64,000 nucleotides of DNA from an uncultured Candidatus Poseidoniales archaeon (GCA_902601345.1 CACKMK010000003.1:23902-87901), one strand, 5' to 3'; numbered from the stretch's first letter, positions 45,944 through 56,018 are shown. The notes: generated from the sequence alone by a model not told the origin. A program made the numbers and translations.

Positions 45944-46402
45944 TCATTGTGCAGTAACCCTGTAGTCTACCCTTGCCCTATCGTTTGCATCGTTCGTTCC
46001 GAGGGGGCCCTGTGGACCTGGAGGTTGGGCTTCTCCGCAGTCTGTGTTGTCAATAACCGTGATGTAGGTCCCGGCATCTATAGTTGCCTCAAGATTCGCT
46101 GCAGCAGTGTTTGGATCACTTAGGTCGGCGAGATACACGAAGCTATCACATTCCTCGTACTTCTCGTAATTCAACTGGGTCATCGTGTAGAGGTCGATGT
46201 TAGGGCCCTCCTGCCTTTCCAGGTCTATTCTGATTGTGGATGCCGATTCGATGGTCCAAGTCAACTTGATGTGTTCATCTTCGTTAACGAAGGTGTTGTC
46301 GTCGAATAGCTCCTGCTCTGGGTTGACGGCATCATTCACATCATCCATACATCCTGGAAGAAACACGCAAAGTGAAATCAGTAGTGCCAGTTGGGTCTTC
46401 AT
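45944..46402 (-). CDS. putative secreted lipoprotein, hypothetical
   Basis: MKTQLALLISLCVFLPGCMDD is a signal peptide plus lipobox-like LPGC. The remainder is an acidic beta-rich domain. I chose the ATG at 46402. Confidence 0.55.
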   Translation of the reverse strand: MKTQLALLISLCVFLPGCMDDVNDAVNPEQELFDDNTFVNEDEHIKLTWTIESASTIRIDLERQEGPNIDLYTMTQLNYEKYEECDSFVYLADLSDPNTAAANLEATIDAGTYITVIDNTDCGEAQPPGPQGPLGTNDANDRARVDYRVTAQ

Positions 46403-46535
46403 GATATTCGGTAAGAAGGTAAGTGAATTAACCATTGCATGTGATTATCAGACAGAAAACGGCAAAGGATAGTTCTGCTTTTGCTACCATCCAATACTGC
46501 TCTCGTTGAAATAGGGGAGGGTTTTCGGCCGGAAT

Positions 46536-46991
46536 ATGGGAGAAATGCAGACGACCTTCGTGATGATCAAGCCTGACGGTGTTCAAAGGGGCCTAGTGGC
46601 TGACATAATCGGTAGATTCGAGACCAAAGGTCTACGACTAGTTGGACTGAGGCAATTGACCCCCTCTATGGAGCTAGCAGAGGCTCACTATGAGGTTCAC
46701 AACGAGAGGCCCTTCTACAGTGGCCTGATCGAGTTCATCACATCTGGCCCAGTTGTGGCTATGGCGTGGACCGGAGTCGATGCGATTAGCGTGGCTCGAA
46801 ACATAATCGGTCCTACTGACGGTAGAACTGCCGCTCCTGGTACCATCAGAGGGGACTTCGCTATGGATATCGGCCACAATGTTATCCACGGCTCTGACGG
46901 TGAGGACACGGCCTCCTTCGAGTTGGGTCTTTGGTTCCCAGACGGTCTGGTCGAATGGGCCCGTGACGCAGAGGCGCACATCTACGAATGA
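46536..46991 (+). CDS. ndk: nucleoside diphosphate kinase
   Basis: [19 protein letters not shown], and the active-site NVIHGSD. Confidence 0.95.
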   Translation: MGEMQTTFVMIKPDGVQRGLVADIIGRFETKGLRLVGLRQLTPSMELAEAHYEVHNERPFYSGLIEFITSGPVVAMAWTGVDAISVARNIIGPTDGRTAAPGTIRGDFAMDIGHNVIHGSDGEDTASFELGLWFPDGLVEWARDAEAHIYE

Positions 46992-48811
46992 ATGAATCAA
47001 TTCTGAAGGGGAAGGAGCATGAGGTGGGTGGAATGTCGGAACGTAGACAACCCATCGTCGCTGTCCTAGGCCATGTTGACCATGGCAAGACATCCCTGTT
47101 GGACCACGTGAGGTCTCTAGGGGAGCAAAGTCGTTCTTCTGTGATGGACAGAGAGGCCGGAGGGATAACTCAGCATATCGGGGCAACTGAGGTGCCGTCA
47201 GAGGTTCTGAACGAGCTTTGCGCCCCCCTTCTTGGTGGGAAGACATTCGACTCACCAGGACTTCTATTCATCGATACTCCAGGACACCACTCATTCTCGT
47301 CCCTCCGCTCAAGAGGAGGGTCTCTGGCTGACATTGCGATTCTGATGGTGGACATTATGGAGGGATGCAGGCCACAGACCAAGGAGTCCCTACGGATTCT
47401 CAAGCAATCCAAGACCCCTTTCGTAGTTGCTGCGAACAAGGTGGACAGAATCCACGGGTGGGATGCCGAGGAGGGAAGATCCATGGCGATCTCGATGAGG
47501 GGGCAGTCCAAGGAATCCCTGGGACTTTTCGACCAGAGATACTGGGAACTAGTCGGTCAGTTCGCTGAAGAAGGGTTCAATCTCGAGAGGTATGAGAAGA
47601 TCAAGGATTTCACCAAAGAGATAGCCATGGTGCCGATATCTGCTAGGGAGGGAGAGGGTATCCAGGATCTTCTGGCGGTCGTGATTGGGCTTGCAGAAAG
47701 ATATCTTTCCGACCAGTTGACAGATGTGGACGGATCTGGGGAGGCCACAGTTCTGGAGATGAAGGAGGAGAGGGGTCTCGGAAAGACCCTGGACCTGATT
47801 CTGCACAGAGGGTCAATCAGGAAGGGCGATGAGATTGTCCTAGTAAGCGAAAGAGGGGGAATAAGCACCCATGTGAAGGGCCTATTCTCTCCTAGAGGTA
47901 TGAGTGAGATGAGAGATGCGGGGGATCGCTGGGACAACACCGAGGCTGCCTATGCTGCGGCAGGTGTCAAGATTAGTGCGCCATCATTGGATGGGGTCCT
48001 GGTAGGGACTACCCTCCGGGTTGTGAATTCGGACTCGGAGCGGAGCGCTGCCATCGCATCGGCAGACGAAGAGGCGAACCTCTCTATTGAGCTCGATGAA
48101 GAGGGAGTATGCATCAAATCCGATACAGTGGGTGGTCTCGAGGCCCTTGCAAAAGAGCTGCGAGAAGTAGGCGTTCCCATCCGTGAGGCTTCGATAGGTA
48201 AAGTAAGCAGAAGGGACGTTCGCAGTGCAGAGGCGTCCTCAGATCCTCTTCATAGAATAATAATGGCATTCAGTACTGAAATTCTAGAGGAGGCGGAAGA
48301 TGAGATTTCCTCTTCCGAAGCAGGAGTTAAGCACATAGGCTCGGATATCATTTACCGAATCCTAGAGGAGAGAGAGGAATGGGTGGAGGCCAGGAAGAAC
48401 GAGCTTGAAGAGGAGAGCAGGGAAATCGTTGTTTATCCCGGACGGGTTATGCTCCTACCAGACCACACTTTCAGAGTCTCTAAACCGGCTGTTGTAGGAG
48501 TGAGAGTTTTGGCTGGGAGGGTCCACATTGGTCAAGGATTGCTTAAAGACGGAAATCGAGTAGGCAGGATCAAGTCAATTAGATCAGGGCAGGAGAGCCT
48601 AAAGGAAGCAAGACAGGGTGCTGAGGTTGCAATTTCAGTAGATGGTGTTACTGTCGGTAGGCAGATCGAGGAGGGGGATATCCTACTAGTGGACATTCCG
48701 GAATCGCATGCTAGGAAGCTTAGGAAGTTGGAGATGACTCCTGTGGAGGAGGAGGTCTACGAGGAGTTACTGTCCATACACAGGAAGAATGACCACTTCT
48801 GGGGCAGATAA
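46988..48811 (+). CDS. infB: translation initiation factor aIF5B (IF-2 homologue)
   Basis: G1 motif [18 protein letters not shown], plus DTPGH and NKVD. The start overlaps the ndk stop (ATGA). 607 aa. Confidence 0.95.
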   Translation: MNESILKGKEHEVGGMSERRQPIVAVLGHVDHGKTSLLDHVRSLGEQSRSSVMDREAGGITQHIGATEVPSEVLNELCAPLLGGKTFDSPGLLFIDTPGHHSFSSLRSRGGSLADIAILMVDIMEGCRPQTKESLRILKQSKTPFVVAANKVDRIHGWDAEEGRSMAISMRGQSKESLGLFDQRYWELVGQFAEEGFNLERYEKIKDFTKEIAMVPISAREGEGIQDLLAVVIGLAERYLSDQLTDVDGSGEATVLEMKEERGLGKTLDLILHRGSIRKGDEIVLVSERGGISTHVKGLFSPRGMSEMRDAGDRWDNTEAAYAAAGVKISAPSLDGVLVGTTLRVVNSDSERSAAIASADEEANLSIELDEEGVCIKSDTVGGLEALAKELREVGVPIREASIGKVSRRDVRSAEASSDPLHRIIMAFSTEILEEAEDEISSSEAGVKHIGSDIIYRILEEREEWVEARKNELEEESREIVVYPGRVMLLPDHTFRVSKPAVVGVRVLAGRVHIGQGLLKDGNRVGRIKSIRSGQESLKEARQGAEVAISVDGVTVGRQIEEGDILLVDIPESHARKLRKLEMTPVEEEVYEELLSIHRKNDHFWGR

Positions 48812-48888
48812 GACCGGAGTCTCGATTGTTCAAGGGCACCTAACACTCAAGTAGTCATGGAACCGGCAAAGGGCTTAGAGGGTTCAGT

Positions 48889-49875
48889 GTGACGATTGCT
48901 CAAGGTGGTGGCTCTAGCTCTAAAGATCTGATTAGGTCAGTCTCGGGACACGCTAACAACTTGATGAGCGAGGTAGCCAAGGTCATCATCGGAAAGCCCG
49001 AGAATATCAGAAAGGTAGCCATTGGGATCCTAGCAAATGGTAACATCCTGATCGAGGACAACCCTGGTCTGGCCAAGACCCTGATGTCGAATACATTCGC
49101 TGAGGCACTCGGATGCAAGTTCAAGAGGGTTCAGTTCACTCCAGACCTGCTGCCTGCTGACATTATCGGGACATACATGTACGACCAGAAAACCGGTGAG
49201 TTCAGGCCAAGGTTCGGACCTCTATTCACCAATATTCTGTTAGCAGACGAGATAAACAGAGCACCTCCTAAGACTCAGGCTGCATTGCTAGAGGCTATGG
49301 AGGAGAAGCAAGTAACCATCGAAGGAATCACCCACAAGTTACCGGCTCCGTTCGTGACGATGGCTACCCAGAACCCAATCGAGCAGGAAGGGACATACCC
49401 GCTTCCAGAGGCTCAAATGGACAGATTCCTCATGAAAATGAGCATGGGATACCCGTCAATGGATGAGGAGAAGGCAATCCTACAGAGGAGGAAGCTTCGT
49501 GGAAAGGATAACTACGACGTGGAGCAGATAGTAGAGCCTAGGAAGGTGGTTGCGATGCAGAAGGCTCTGGAGACGGTCCACATCGATCCAGCAATCCTTG
49601 GTTACATCGTTCAAGTGGTCCAGAGGACGAGAGCAGACCCGAGAATTGAGGCTGGTGCATCTCCCAGGGCAAGTCAAGGCCTGTTCAAGGCTTCTAGAGC
49701 GTCTGCAGCGATAGATGGAAGGGACTACGTCATTCCTGACGATGTCAAGGGAGTCGCTCTTGACGTGGTCAGCCACAGAATCGTACTGAAGCCGGAGTCA
49801 AAGATTCGTGGAGTAACTGGAAGGAGGGTCGTGAACAAGATCCTCAGCGAAGTGAACGTCCCTGTCATTCAATAA
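48889..49875 (+). CDS. MoxR-family AAA+ ATPase
   Basis: ILIEDNPGLAKT (Walker A variant typical of MoxR), Walker B LLADEINRAPPKTQAALLEAMEE, then VATQNPIEQEGTYPLPEAQMDRF and GASPRA. Confidence 0.9.
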   Translation: MTIAQGGGSSSKDLIRSVSGHANNLMSEVAKVIIGKPENIRKVAIGILANGNILIEDNPGLAKTLMSNTFAEALGCKFKRVQFTPDLLPADIIGTYMYDQKTGEFRPRFGPLFTNILLADEINRAPPKTQAALLEAMEEKQVTIEGITHKLPAPFVTMATQNPIEQEGTYPLPEAQMDRFLMKMSMGYPSMDEEKAILQRRKLRGKDNYDVEQIVEPRKVVAMQKALETVHIDPAILGYIVQVVQRTRADPRIEAGASPRASQGLFKASRASAAIDGRDYVIPDDVKGVALDVVSHRIVLKPESKIRGVTGRRVVNKILSEVNVPVIQ

Positions 49876-49914
49876 TCGGGCAATCCCAATTAACCGGATT
49901 GCACACACGGATGC

Positions 49915-50817
49915 GTGGCCATTGTAATCGCTTGTGTCAATCATAAGGGAGGATGCGCTAGGACGACTACTTCTGTGAATCTGGCATCTGCCCTTTCCTT
50001 GGGCAGCGAGAAGTACGGAATTAGTTGCAGGAGGGTTCTGCTTGTGGACATGGATCCGAAAGGGAACGTGGCAACGACATTCGGAGTTGACAAAAGAACC
50101 GTCGGACCGACTATGAACGAGCTTTTCTCGGGAGGTTTGGATAGCTCCTCACTTAAACTAGAGGACTGCACTCTTGGCCCTGACTTTCTGACTAGATCGA
50201 TGAAGGCATCGTGGAGGAAGAGTAATCCAGGAAAGTCAAGGGGTCCGCCTAATCATATCGCAGTCCGAAACCTATGGGTTCTTCCTGCCGACATGGATCT
50301 ATCTGGGATAGAAGTGGATCTTGCGACAAGGGTTGGTAGGGAGAACAGGCTCAAGCTGGCTCTTAGTGAAGCGATGGACAGTTTCGATGTTGTCATTATC
50401 GATACGCCAGCATCACTTGGTCTACTGACAGTAAACGCGCTGTGCGCTGCAGAGTGGGTCCTAATCCCAATCCAAGCAGAGTTCTATGCACTAGAAGGAA
50501 TGGGACAGTTGATATCTGCAGTCAGAGATGTGCAGAAGTCAGTAAACGCGAATCTCGGATTGCTAGGCATTCTGATGACCATGGTACAGACAAGGAGCAA
50601 ACTATGCGAAACAGTCACTGAGCAAGCTAGGAAACACTTCGGAGACAGGGTATTCGATTCTCAGATTCCAAGATCTGTATCTATCGCGGAGTCCCCGCTT
50701 GAAGGTGCACCCATTGTAATTGCACAGAAACCCACCAAGACGAACTCTGCAAGTAGATCATACTGGGAGTTCGCAAAGGAGGCGGACAAGAGAATCAGTA
50801 CTATTTCTGAGGATTGA
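49915..50817 (+). CDS. ParA/Soj/MinD-superfamily ATPase-like protein with non-canonical P-loop
   Basis: The pattern IACVNHKGGCARTTTSVNLA, VLLVDMDPKGN, VIIDTPASLG and IPIQAEFYALEG follows Soj/ParA. However, the deviant Walker A reads KGGCARTT instead of KGGVGKTT. A ~45 aa basic insert follows the switch I region. GTG start. Confidence 0.8.
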   Translation: MAIVIACVNHKGGCARTTTSVNLASALSLGSEKYGISCRRVLLVDMDPKGNVATTFGVDKRTVGPTMNELFSGGLDSSSLKLEDCTLGPDFLTRSMKASWRKSNPGKSRGPPNHIAVRNLWVLPADMDLSGIEVDLATRVGRENRLKLALSEAMDSFDVVIIDTPASLGLLTVNALCAAEWVLIPIQAEFYALEGMGQLISAVRDVQKSVNANLGLLGILMTMVQTRSKLCETVTEQARKHFGDRVFDSQIPRSVSIAESPLEGAPIVIAQKPTKTNSASRSYWEFAKEADKRISTISED

Positions 50818-50819
50818 GA

Positions 50820-51959
50820 TTAGGACTCATAGTGCTCCATCGCACTATGCCTTGCATCCAGAAGGGCTGCTTCCATCTTCACACGAATCTCAGACTCCAA
50901 CGTCTTGATGATCTCAGAAACTTCCCTCTTCGAAAGCTCCCCTCTCTTCTCTAACTGCTTCTCAAGATTCGAAAGCATCTCTGACTCGCGCTCATTAACG
51001 AAATCAGCTACTCTCTGCTCCATCTCAACCTCGCTCTCAAGCGCCAGTTCTTGTCTCTTGAGGGCTAGTGCAGCCTCCATGCTGTTCCTCTCTGCTCTGA
51101 ATCTCCGATCGAGATCGGAAAGAGAGGCTCTCTCCGCCTCTTCTCTGAGTGATTTAGTCCTAACTTCAATGTCGGACTTCATTTCCTTCTCAAGAGACTC
51201 GCGCTCGTTCTCAAGTTGCTTCTCCAACTTCGACTCGTGTTTGCGTCTCTTCTTGGCGATGTTATCCCTCATCTTAATTTCCTGCTCTAGACGGAATGTC
51301 TCGGCCTTCCTATGGACCTCTGACTCCATTGCTTCTCTGAGGTCCATCTCAACCCTTCTCTCCATCCTCTCGATTCCCTGGTTAGCCTCAAGCTCTAGTC
51401 TCTCGCCAAGGAAAGCCTTCCTACGAGAGAATTCGACCTCCATCTCTTCCCTCAGACGAACTCTTAATCTCGATGTATGAGCCTCTATCCTCCGGTCCCT
51501 CTCTAGATCCAACTGGTCTCTGAGTCTGTTCTCCTCTCTTCTGAGCCTGTGTAGCATCTCTTCGCGAAGTAGTCTTTCCTCCCTCTCCAGAGACTCCTTT
51601 TCCAGTCTCTCCAGTTCATCCTCCAATTCGTCTCTAAGATCTGCCTCTATCTGCTGTAATTGCTCTTCGAAAAGTATCTCATTTGCCTTTCTCATTGCAC
51701 CCTGCATTCCTGAAACTCGATCTGTCATCTCAGAAATTCTCATTCTTCTCTCTCTTCTGATTCCTGAGCGAAGAGTCGATTCCTCGTCGAGTCTCTCTCG
51801 CGCTCTGGCGGCGGCCCCCATGGAAGAGGAGGAAAGTGCGTGCTCCGCCCTCAAGGCATCGAGCTCGTCTAGACTATCTTGCTCAACTGATTCATCCGGC
51901 TTGCTCTCACTCACGCACCCATCCCCATTTCTACGCCCTTTCACGGGTATTTGAGACAA
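50820..51959 (-). CDS. E/R/K/L-rich long alpha-helical (coiled-coil or single-alpha-helix) protein, hypothetical
   Basis: 379 aa dominated by runs such as ELERLEKESLEREERLLREEMLHRLRREENRLRDQLDLERDRRIEAH. No enzymatic motif. The opposite-strand ORF 50905..51480 is its low-complexity mirror. Confidence 0.65.
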   Translation of the reverse strand: MSQIPVKGRRNGDGCVSESKPDESVEQDSLDELDALRAEHALSSSSMGAAARARERLDEESTLRSGIRRERRMRISEMTDRVSGMQGAMRKANEILFEEQLQQIEADLRDELEDELERLEKESLEREERLLREEMLHRLRREENRLRDQLDLERDRRIEAHTSRLRVRLREEMEVEFSRRKAFLGERLELEANQGIERMERRVEMDLREAMESEVHRKAETFRLEQEIKMRDNIAKKRRKHESKLEKQLENERESLEKEMKSDIEVRTKSLREEAERASLSDLDRRFRAERNSMEAALALKRQELALESEVEMEQRVADFVNERESEMLSNLEKQLEKRGELSKREVSEIIKTLESEIRVKMEAALLDARHSAMEHYES

Positions 51960-52015
51960 GAGGGTCGAAAACAGTGGCAGATGCTGGTTTCTCTATCCTA
52001 ATTACTTCACGATAT

Positions 52016-52405
52016 CTAGAATGTGACAAAGAAGGAGCTCTGACAGCCAGGACAGGTTAGCTCCCTCTTTCCTGGTCTCGGCCTGATCCTAAGGTTGGAT
52101 TCACACGAGGGGCATTCAATCTCGACTTTTACTATCTTCCTAGTCAAGGTGAATACCATGGAGCATGCTGCACATGTCAAGTCTACTGGCCTCTTGTCAG
52201 TGCCAGCCTCAACTACAGTCATGCAATGTGGGCATTGAACCTTCTCTTCCTTCAGAGCTGAAACTGTTGGTGCATGAGAGACTCGACAAACCGCCCCACA
52301 TAGAAGGCACTCTATCTCTCCCAATCCCTGAGGCAGCATAGAATCACACTCCGGGCAGTTCACCAATGGAGGGGCGACCCTTGACTCGACTTCGGGAGGT
52401 ACCAT
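52016..52405 (-). CDS. triple zinc-ribbon protein, hypothetical
   Basis: 129 aa with three CxxC-x(n)-CxxC units: CPEC...CLLC, CPHC...CAAC and CPSC...CPGC. Confidence 0.6.
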   Translation of the reverse strand: MVPPEVESRVAPPLVNCPECDSMLPQGLGEIECLLCGAVCRVSHAPTVSALKEEKVQCPHCMTVVEAGTDKRPVDLTCAACSMVFTLTRKIVKVEIECPSCESNLRIRPRPGKRELTCPGCQSSFFVTF

Positions 52406-52430
52406 GATATTGGGATATACCTCGAGTTAA

Positions 52431-55130
52431 TCAAGCGGTCGCAGAATTGTCTGCTGGTTCTTTGTTAGTGATTATGCCCCATATTTCCCTGGTATCTTGA
52501 ATAATTTCTCTACCTATGTCCGCCATAGTAGAGAGTCTCCTAGTTTGGGAACCAGATACCCACATCCCGTTCAAGATAATCATCAGGGCGCTTGCCTCGT
52601 GGAGAGCAATCCCCGCTGCTAAATTCATCCTATATCCCATTAAAACACTAATTACCAACAGAGAAGTCACTAAAACGGAAATTGCGATGTTTGCGTATAC
52701 CACTCTCCTAGTTCTCTTTGCGAGGACGATCATTCGAGAAAGAGCCCTAGGATCCTCTCCCGGAATTAGGACATCGGCTGCATCAAGATTTACTTGATCG
52801 CCACTACCAATCGCAATTCCGATGTCTGCTGCTGCAAGGGCGCCTGCATCATTGAATCCGTCCCCTGCCATCATTGTACAGTACTCACCAGATTTGTTAG
52901 TTACGTACAATGCCTTCTCTTCGGGATCGACCCCTCCCTTACACATTCCAGGATCAATCCCGATTGATTTTGCGAATGCCTCTACACTATTCTGTTCGTC
53001 TCCACTCAATATTTCCACCCTGACTCCGTGGGAATTCAATTCATTGATTGCCTCGCCAACTCCGAATCTTGCATCGTCATGAGAGAAACCCATGAGTGCG
53101 ATCGCCGAACCGTCTACTGAGAGCAGACTTGATCCCATCCCTGCTTGTCTCGATTTCTCTAGAGCCAGTACTAATGATTCTGGGATTATGGCTCCCTCAG
53201 AAGCAACCCAATCTGCTCTACCAAGAATCACCTTTTTTCCATCTAATTTCCCTGAAACACCCGCCTCACCATCATTGATTGACTCCATCTTGATAGGAAT
53301 CAAGGTCCTTTTCTCAGCCTCTTGTAGAATTGTCCTTGCATAGGGGTGATTCGAGCGTTCCTCCAATCCAGCAGCAATTCCGAGCACTCTCTCCTCGGTC
53401 TCACCTCCTACCACAATTATGCTGGACATTGTTGGGTTTCCAGTTGTCAGAGTTCCTGTCTTATCCAATAGAGCTAATTGTACATCGGCAGCAGATTCTA
53501 GAATATCTCCACCTCTTGCGATTAGTCCTGACGATGATGCTGAGGTTAGAGCTACTGCGTGTGGAACAGGCGAGGCAAGTAGGAGTGAGCATGGGCACGA
53601 CACTACCCACAATAAAAGAGTTGTAAGAATGGCTTGCTCTATCGATCCAGGATGGGCCAGCAAGCCAATTACCGGGGCGACAAGGACCACTATTGGCGTC
53701 CATAACAGGGTGAACCTCTCTATAGTATTCTGAGTACGGGTTGGTTTATCCTTGTAATGCCTGACTAGATCGATTAGGCTGGAAAGTCTAGTTCCTTGAC
53801 CTATGGCTTCTGCCTTAATTACCAATGGTCCTCTGGTTAGGGTCAGTCCTGCTTCAACTCTGTCCCCCTTTTTCACTGGAGCTGGGATAGGTTCTCCAGT
53901 CAAGGGAGCTCTATCTATAGCCCCACTGCCCTCCACAATTTTTCCATCAACTGGAATCTTTTCTCCTGATCGGACCTCTACTAATTCTCCGATCTCCAAA
54001 GCCTCAATTGGGATTAGTTCTTCAACAGAACAATTTGATGGAGTTGGTTCCTGATTGGCAATCTGAATCACCATCATCCTCCTTTCCCCGACACCAATAC
54101 CAGAGGGTTTTTGTTTGGCTATTCTAGCCATCCTAGGGAGTCTATCCAGACCTCCCTGCATCGACTCTCTGGCCTTGATGAGAGCTCTGTTTTCAAGATG
54201 GGAAGCGAATGAAACAAGGGCCACAACAAGGAGAGCTTCGACAAATTCTCCTAGTGCCACAGCTCCAATAATTGCTAGAGAAATCAAAACCTGGAATCCG
54301 ATAACTCTGTTTCTTAGACTGGCTATTGCCTCTTGGAAAATATTCTGTCCGATGAAAATGATTCCACCAAGAGCTAGTATAGAAGGAACAAGGCTTGGAA
54401 TTGCGGAGCTTGTCTCAATAAATGAGACAATTAGGATCAGTGGTATTGATAGAATAGATGAAAGTAGTTGAATTTGGTCTTTCCTGAACCCAGACTCTCG
54501 TGAAGGCTCGAGTCGGTGATTCGGGCCAAGGATTTCGCGAAGTTTTTGATCCGCTGCTTGCCTGAGATTAGAATTCAGTATCCAGACCTTTTGAATCTCA
54601 ATCCTGCCCTTCTCTAACCTAACATCGAGGATTCCTGGCACATTGAGAAGCCAACCTCTGAGTCCCTTGGAGTCAACTCTAAGTCTTGAGGAGAGAGATG
54701 AAGGAGATATTCCAACAACTCTGAGCCAGCCAATATCAGGTTCATGACCAAGACTGGAGAGGACAGAGGATACCCGTGAAACAGTCCCGGTGGAAATATC
54801 CTGAGAAACCTCTACAGAACCATCTGAAACTGAAATCCTGCATGATTCTACCCCAGGAAGCCTGTTTACTGCCCTTGATGCCTTCATCGCACAGTCCGGA
54901 CAATCCATCCCCCTAATGCCCCAGTCAAAAGTATGAGTCCCGTCTAAGGTTATCTCAAATCCATCCTCGATAAACTGCTCTGGATCTTCGATCTCGTCAT
55001 CATGTCCTTTTCTTGGCTTGGAGAGTCTCGGAAATCCAATCTTTGGCAGAGATATTCGTTCTCGGCCCAATTTGGGAGTTTCTTCCTCTTCCTCATCAAG
55101 AATGAGATAATCCTCGGGGTCCTCGGACAT
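52431..55130 (-). CDS. P1B-type heavy-metal translocating ATPase
   Basis: N-terminal HMA domain GMDCPDCAMKASRAV, TM CPC motif (SCPCSLLLASP), phosphorylation site DKTGTLT, hinge GDGFNDAGAL. The HEASALMIILNG block in the last TM resembles the HEGST block of Zn/Cd/Pb-type pumps, so divalent-metal specificity is inferred. Confidence 0.9.
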   Translation of the reverse strand: MSEDPEDYLILDEEEEETPKLGRERISLPKIGFPRLSKPRKGHDDEIEDPEQFIEDGFEITLDGTHTFDWGIRGMDCPDCAMKASRAVNRLPGVESCRISVSDGSVEVSQDISTGTVSRVSSVLSSLGHEPDIGWLRVVGISPSSLSSRLRVDSKGLRGWLLNVPGILDVRLEKGRIEIQKVWILNSNLRQAADQKLREILGPNHRLEPSRESGFRKDQIQLLSSILSIPLILIVSFIETSSAIPSLVPSILALGGIIFIGQNIFQEAIASLRNRVIGFQVLISLAIIGAVALGEFVEALLVVALVSFASHLENRALIKARESMQGGLDRLPRMARIAKQKPSGIGVGERRMMVIQIANQEPTPSNCSVEELIPIEALEIGELVEVRSGEKIPVDGKIVEGSGAIDRAPLTGEPIPAPVKKGDRVEAGLTLTRGPLVIKAEAIGQGTRLSSLIDLVRHYKDKPTRTQNTIERFTLLWTPIVVLVAPVIGLLAHPGSIEQAILTTLLLWVVSCPCSLLLASPVPHAVALTSASSSGLIARGGDILESAADVQLALLDKTGTLTTGNPTMSSIIVVGGETEERVLGIAAGLEERSNHPYARTILQEAEKRTLIPIKMESINDGEAGVSGKLDGKKVILGRADWVASEGAIIPESLVLALEKSRQAGMGSSLLSVDGSAIALMGFSHDDARFGVGEAINELNSHGVRVEILSGDEQNSVEAFAKSIGIDPGMCKGGVDPEEKALYVTNKSGEYCTMMAGDGFNDAGALAAADIGIAIGSGDQVNLDAADVLIPGEDPRALSRMIVLAKRTRRVVYANIAISVLVTSLLVISVLMGYRMNLAAGIALHEASALMIILNGMWVSGSQTRRLSTMADIGREIIQDTREIWGIITNKEPADNSATA

Positions 55131-55211
55131 AATTCATCCACAGTAATGTGTGGCTTGAAGATGATGTTCTCTTGTCGGTGGAATCATGAACAGGGATGAG
55201 TCCCAGCGTTC

Positions 55212-55925
55212 ATGGTCGAAATCCCAGATGCTAATAATTGGGATATGATAATTTTTGATGTAGATGGAACTCTGCTGGATAGAGAGGGTTTTCATGAAGA
55301 TCTGGTCAAGCTTGCGAGAAGGGTTGACAGAGAGGTAATGCCAATTTCACTGGCTTCAGGTAGGACTCTGCCGAATGTTACTCCGATAATGCAAGCCATA
55401 GGAGCCTCGGGTTTCATAGTGGCTGAGAACGGAGGCATCGTCTGGGACAGTGGCGAGGGTCATGAAATCCTGGCCCTTTCCGATGGGGCAAGAGCGAAGG
55501 AAGCAGCAGAATGGCTGGCTACGAAAATTGATGATTTGGACCCGAGAGGAATTGAGTCAAACAGATGGAGAGAGACTGAATGGTGCCTCAGTGAAACCGA
55601 TTCCTTTGAAATGATGAGAGATCTAATTGCAGATAGTCAATGGTCTGATCTAGAAGTCGTCTCCACAGGTTTTGCTGTACATATTGCAAGTCCGGGGCTC
55701 AACAAATCAAATGGATTGAAAGTGGCCCTGGAGCAGAGAGGAGTAGATCCTTCTAGAGTAATCGCATGTGGGGATGCTCCGAATGACTTACCAATGTTTG
55801 ATCTAGTCGGACTTTCGGTTGCTGTAAGCGATGAATTCCCGGAGGTATCCATGTCTGCGGATATGATTACCGAGTCAAGAGGAAAGGATGGCTCTGTGGA
55901 GCTTCTAAGGGCTCTATTAAATTAA
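55212..55925 (+). CDS. HAD-superfamily phosphatase (archaeal phosphoglycolate phosphatase / Cof-like type IIB)
   Basis: Motif I IIFDVDGTLLD, motif II SLASGR, motif IV ACGDAPNDLPMF. 237 aa. Confidence 0.75.
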   Translation: MVEIPDANNWDMIIFDVDGTLLDREGFHEDLVKLARRVDREVMPISLASGRTLPNVTPIMQAIGASGFIVAENGGIVWDSGEGHEILALSDGARAKEAAEWLATKIDDLDPRGIESNRWRETEWCLSETDSFEMMRDLIADSQWSDLEVVSTGFAVHIASPGLNKSNGLKVALEQRGVDPSRVIACGDAPNDLPMFDLVGLSVAVSDEFPEVSMSADMITESRGKDGSVELLRALLN

Positions 55926-55933
55926 TTCTAGAT

Positions 55934-56018
55934 TGGTGCAGGCGGCAGGATTCGAACCTGCGAAGCGCTATGCAGAGGATCTTGAGCCCTCCCCCTTTGA
56001 CCACTCGGGTACACCTGC
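55934..56018 (-). tRNA. tRNA-Leu (anticodon CAA), class II with long variable arm
   Basis: Minus-strand sequence is GCAGGTGTACCCGAGTGGTCAAAGGGGGAGGGCTCAAGATCCTCTGCATAGCGCTTCGCAGGTTCGAATCCTGCCGCCTGCACCA. The anticodon loop is CTCAAGA and the CCA end is encoded. Confidence 0.85.

Noticed and set aside
46674-47255. 193-aa minus-strand ORF across ndk/infB
   Set aside because: It is antisense to two highly conserved genes, with an Arg/Pro/Ser-rich shadow composition.
50905-51480. 191-aa plus-strand ORF rich in Ser/Leu, opposite the E/R-rich gene
   Set aside because: It is the mirror image of GAA/GAG/CGN-rich codons on the other strand. It has low-complexity composition and no start context, and the minus-strand ORF is twice as long.
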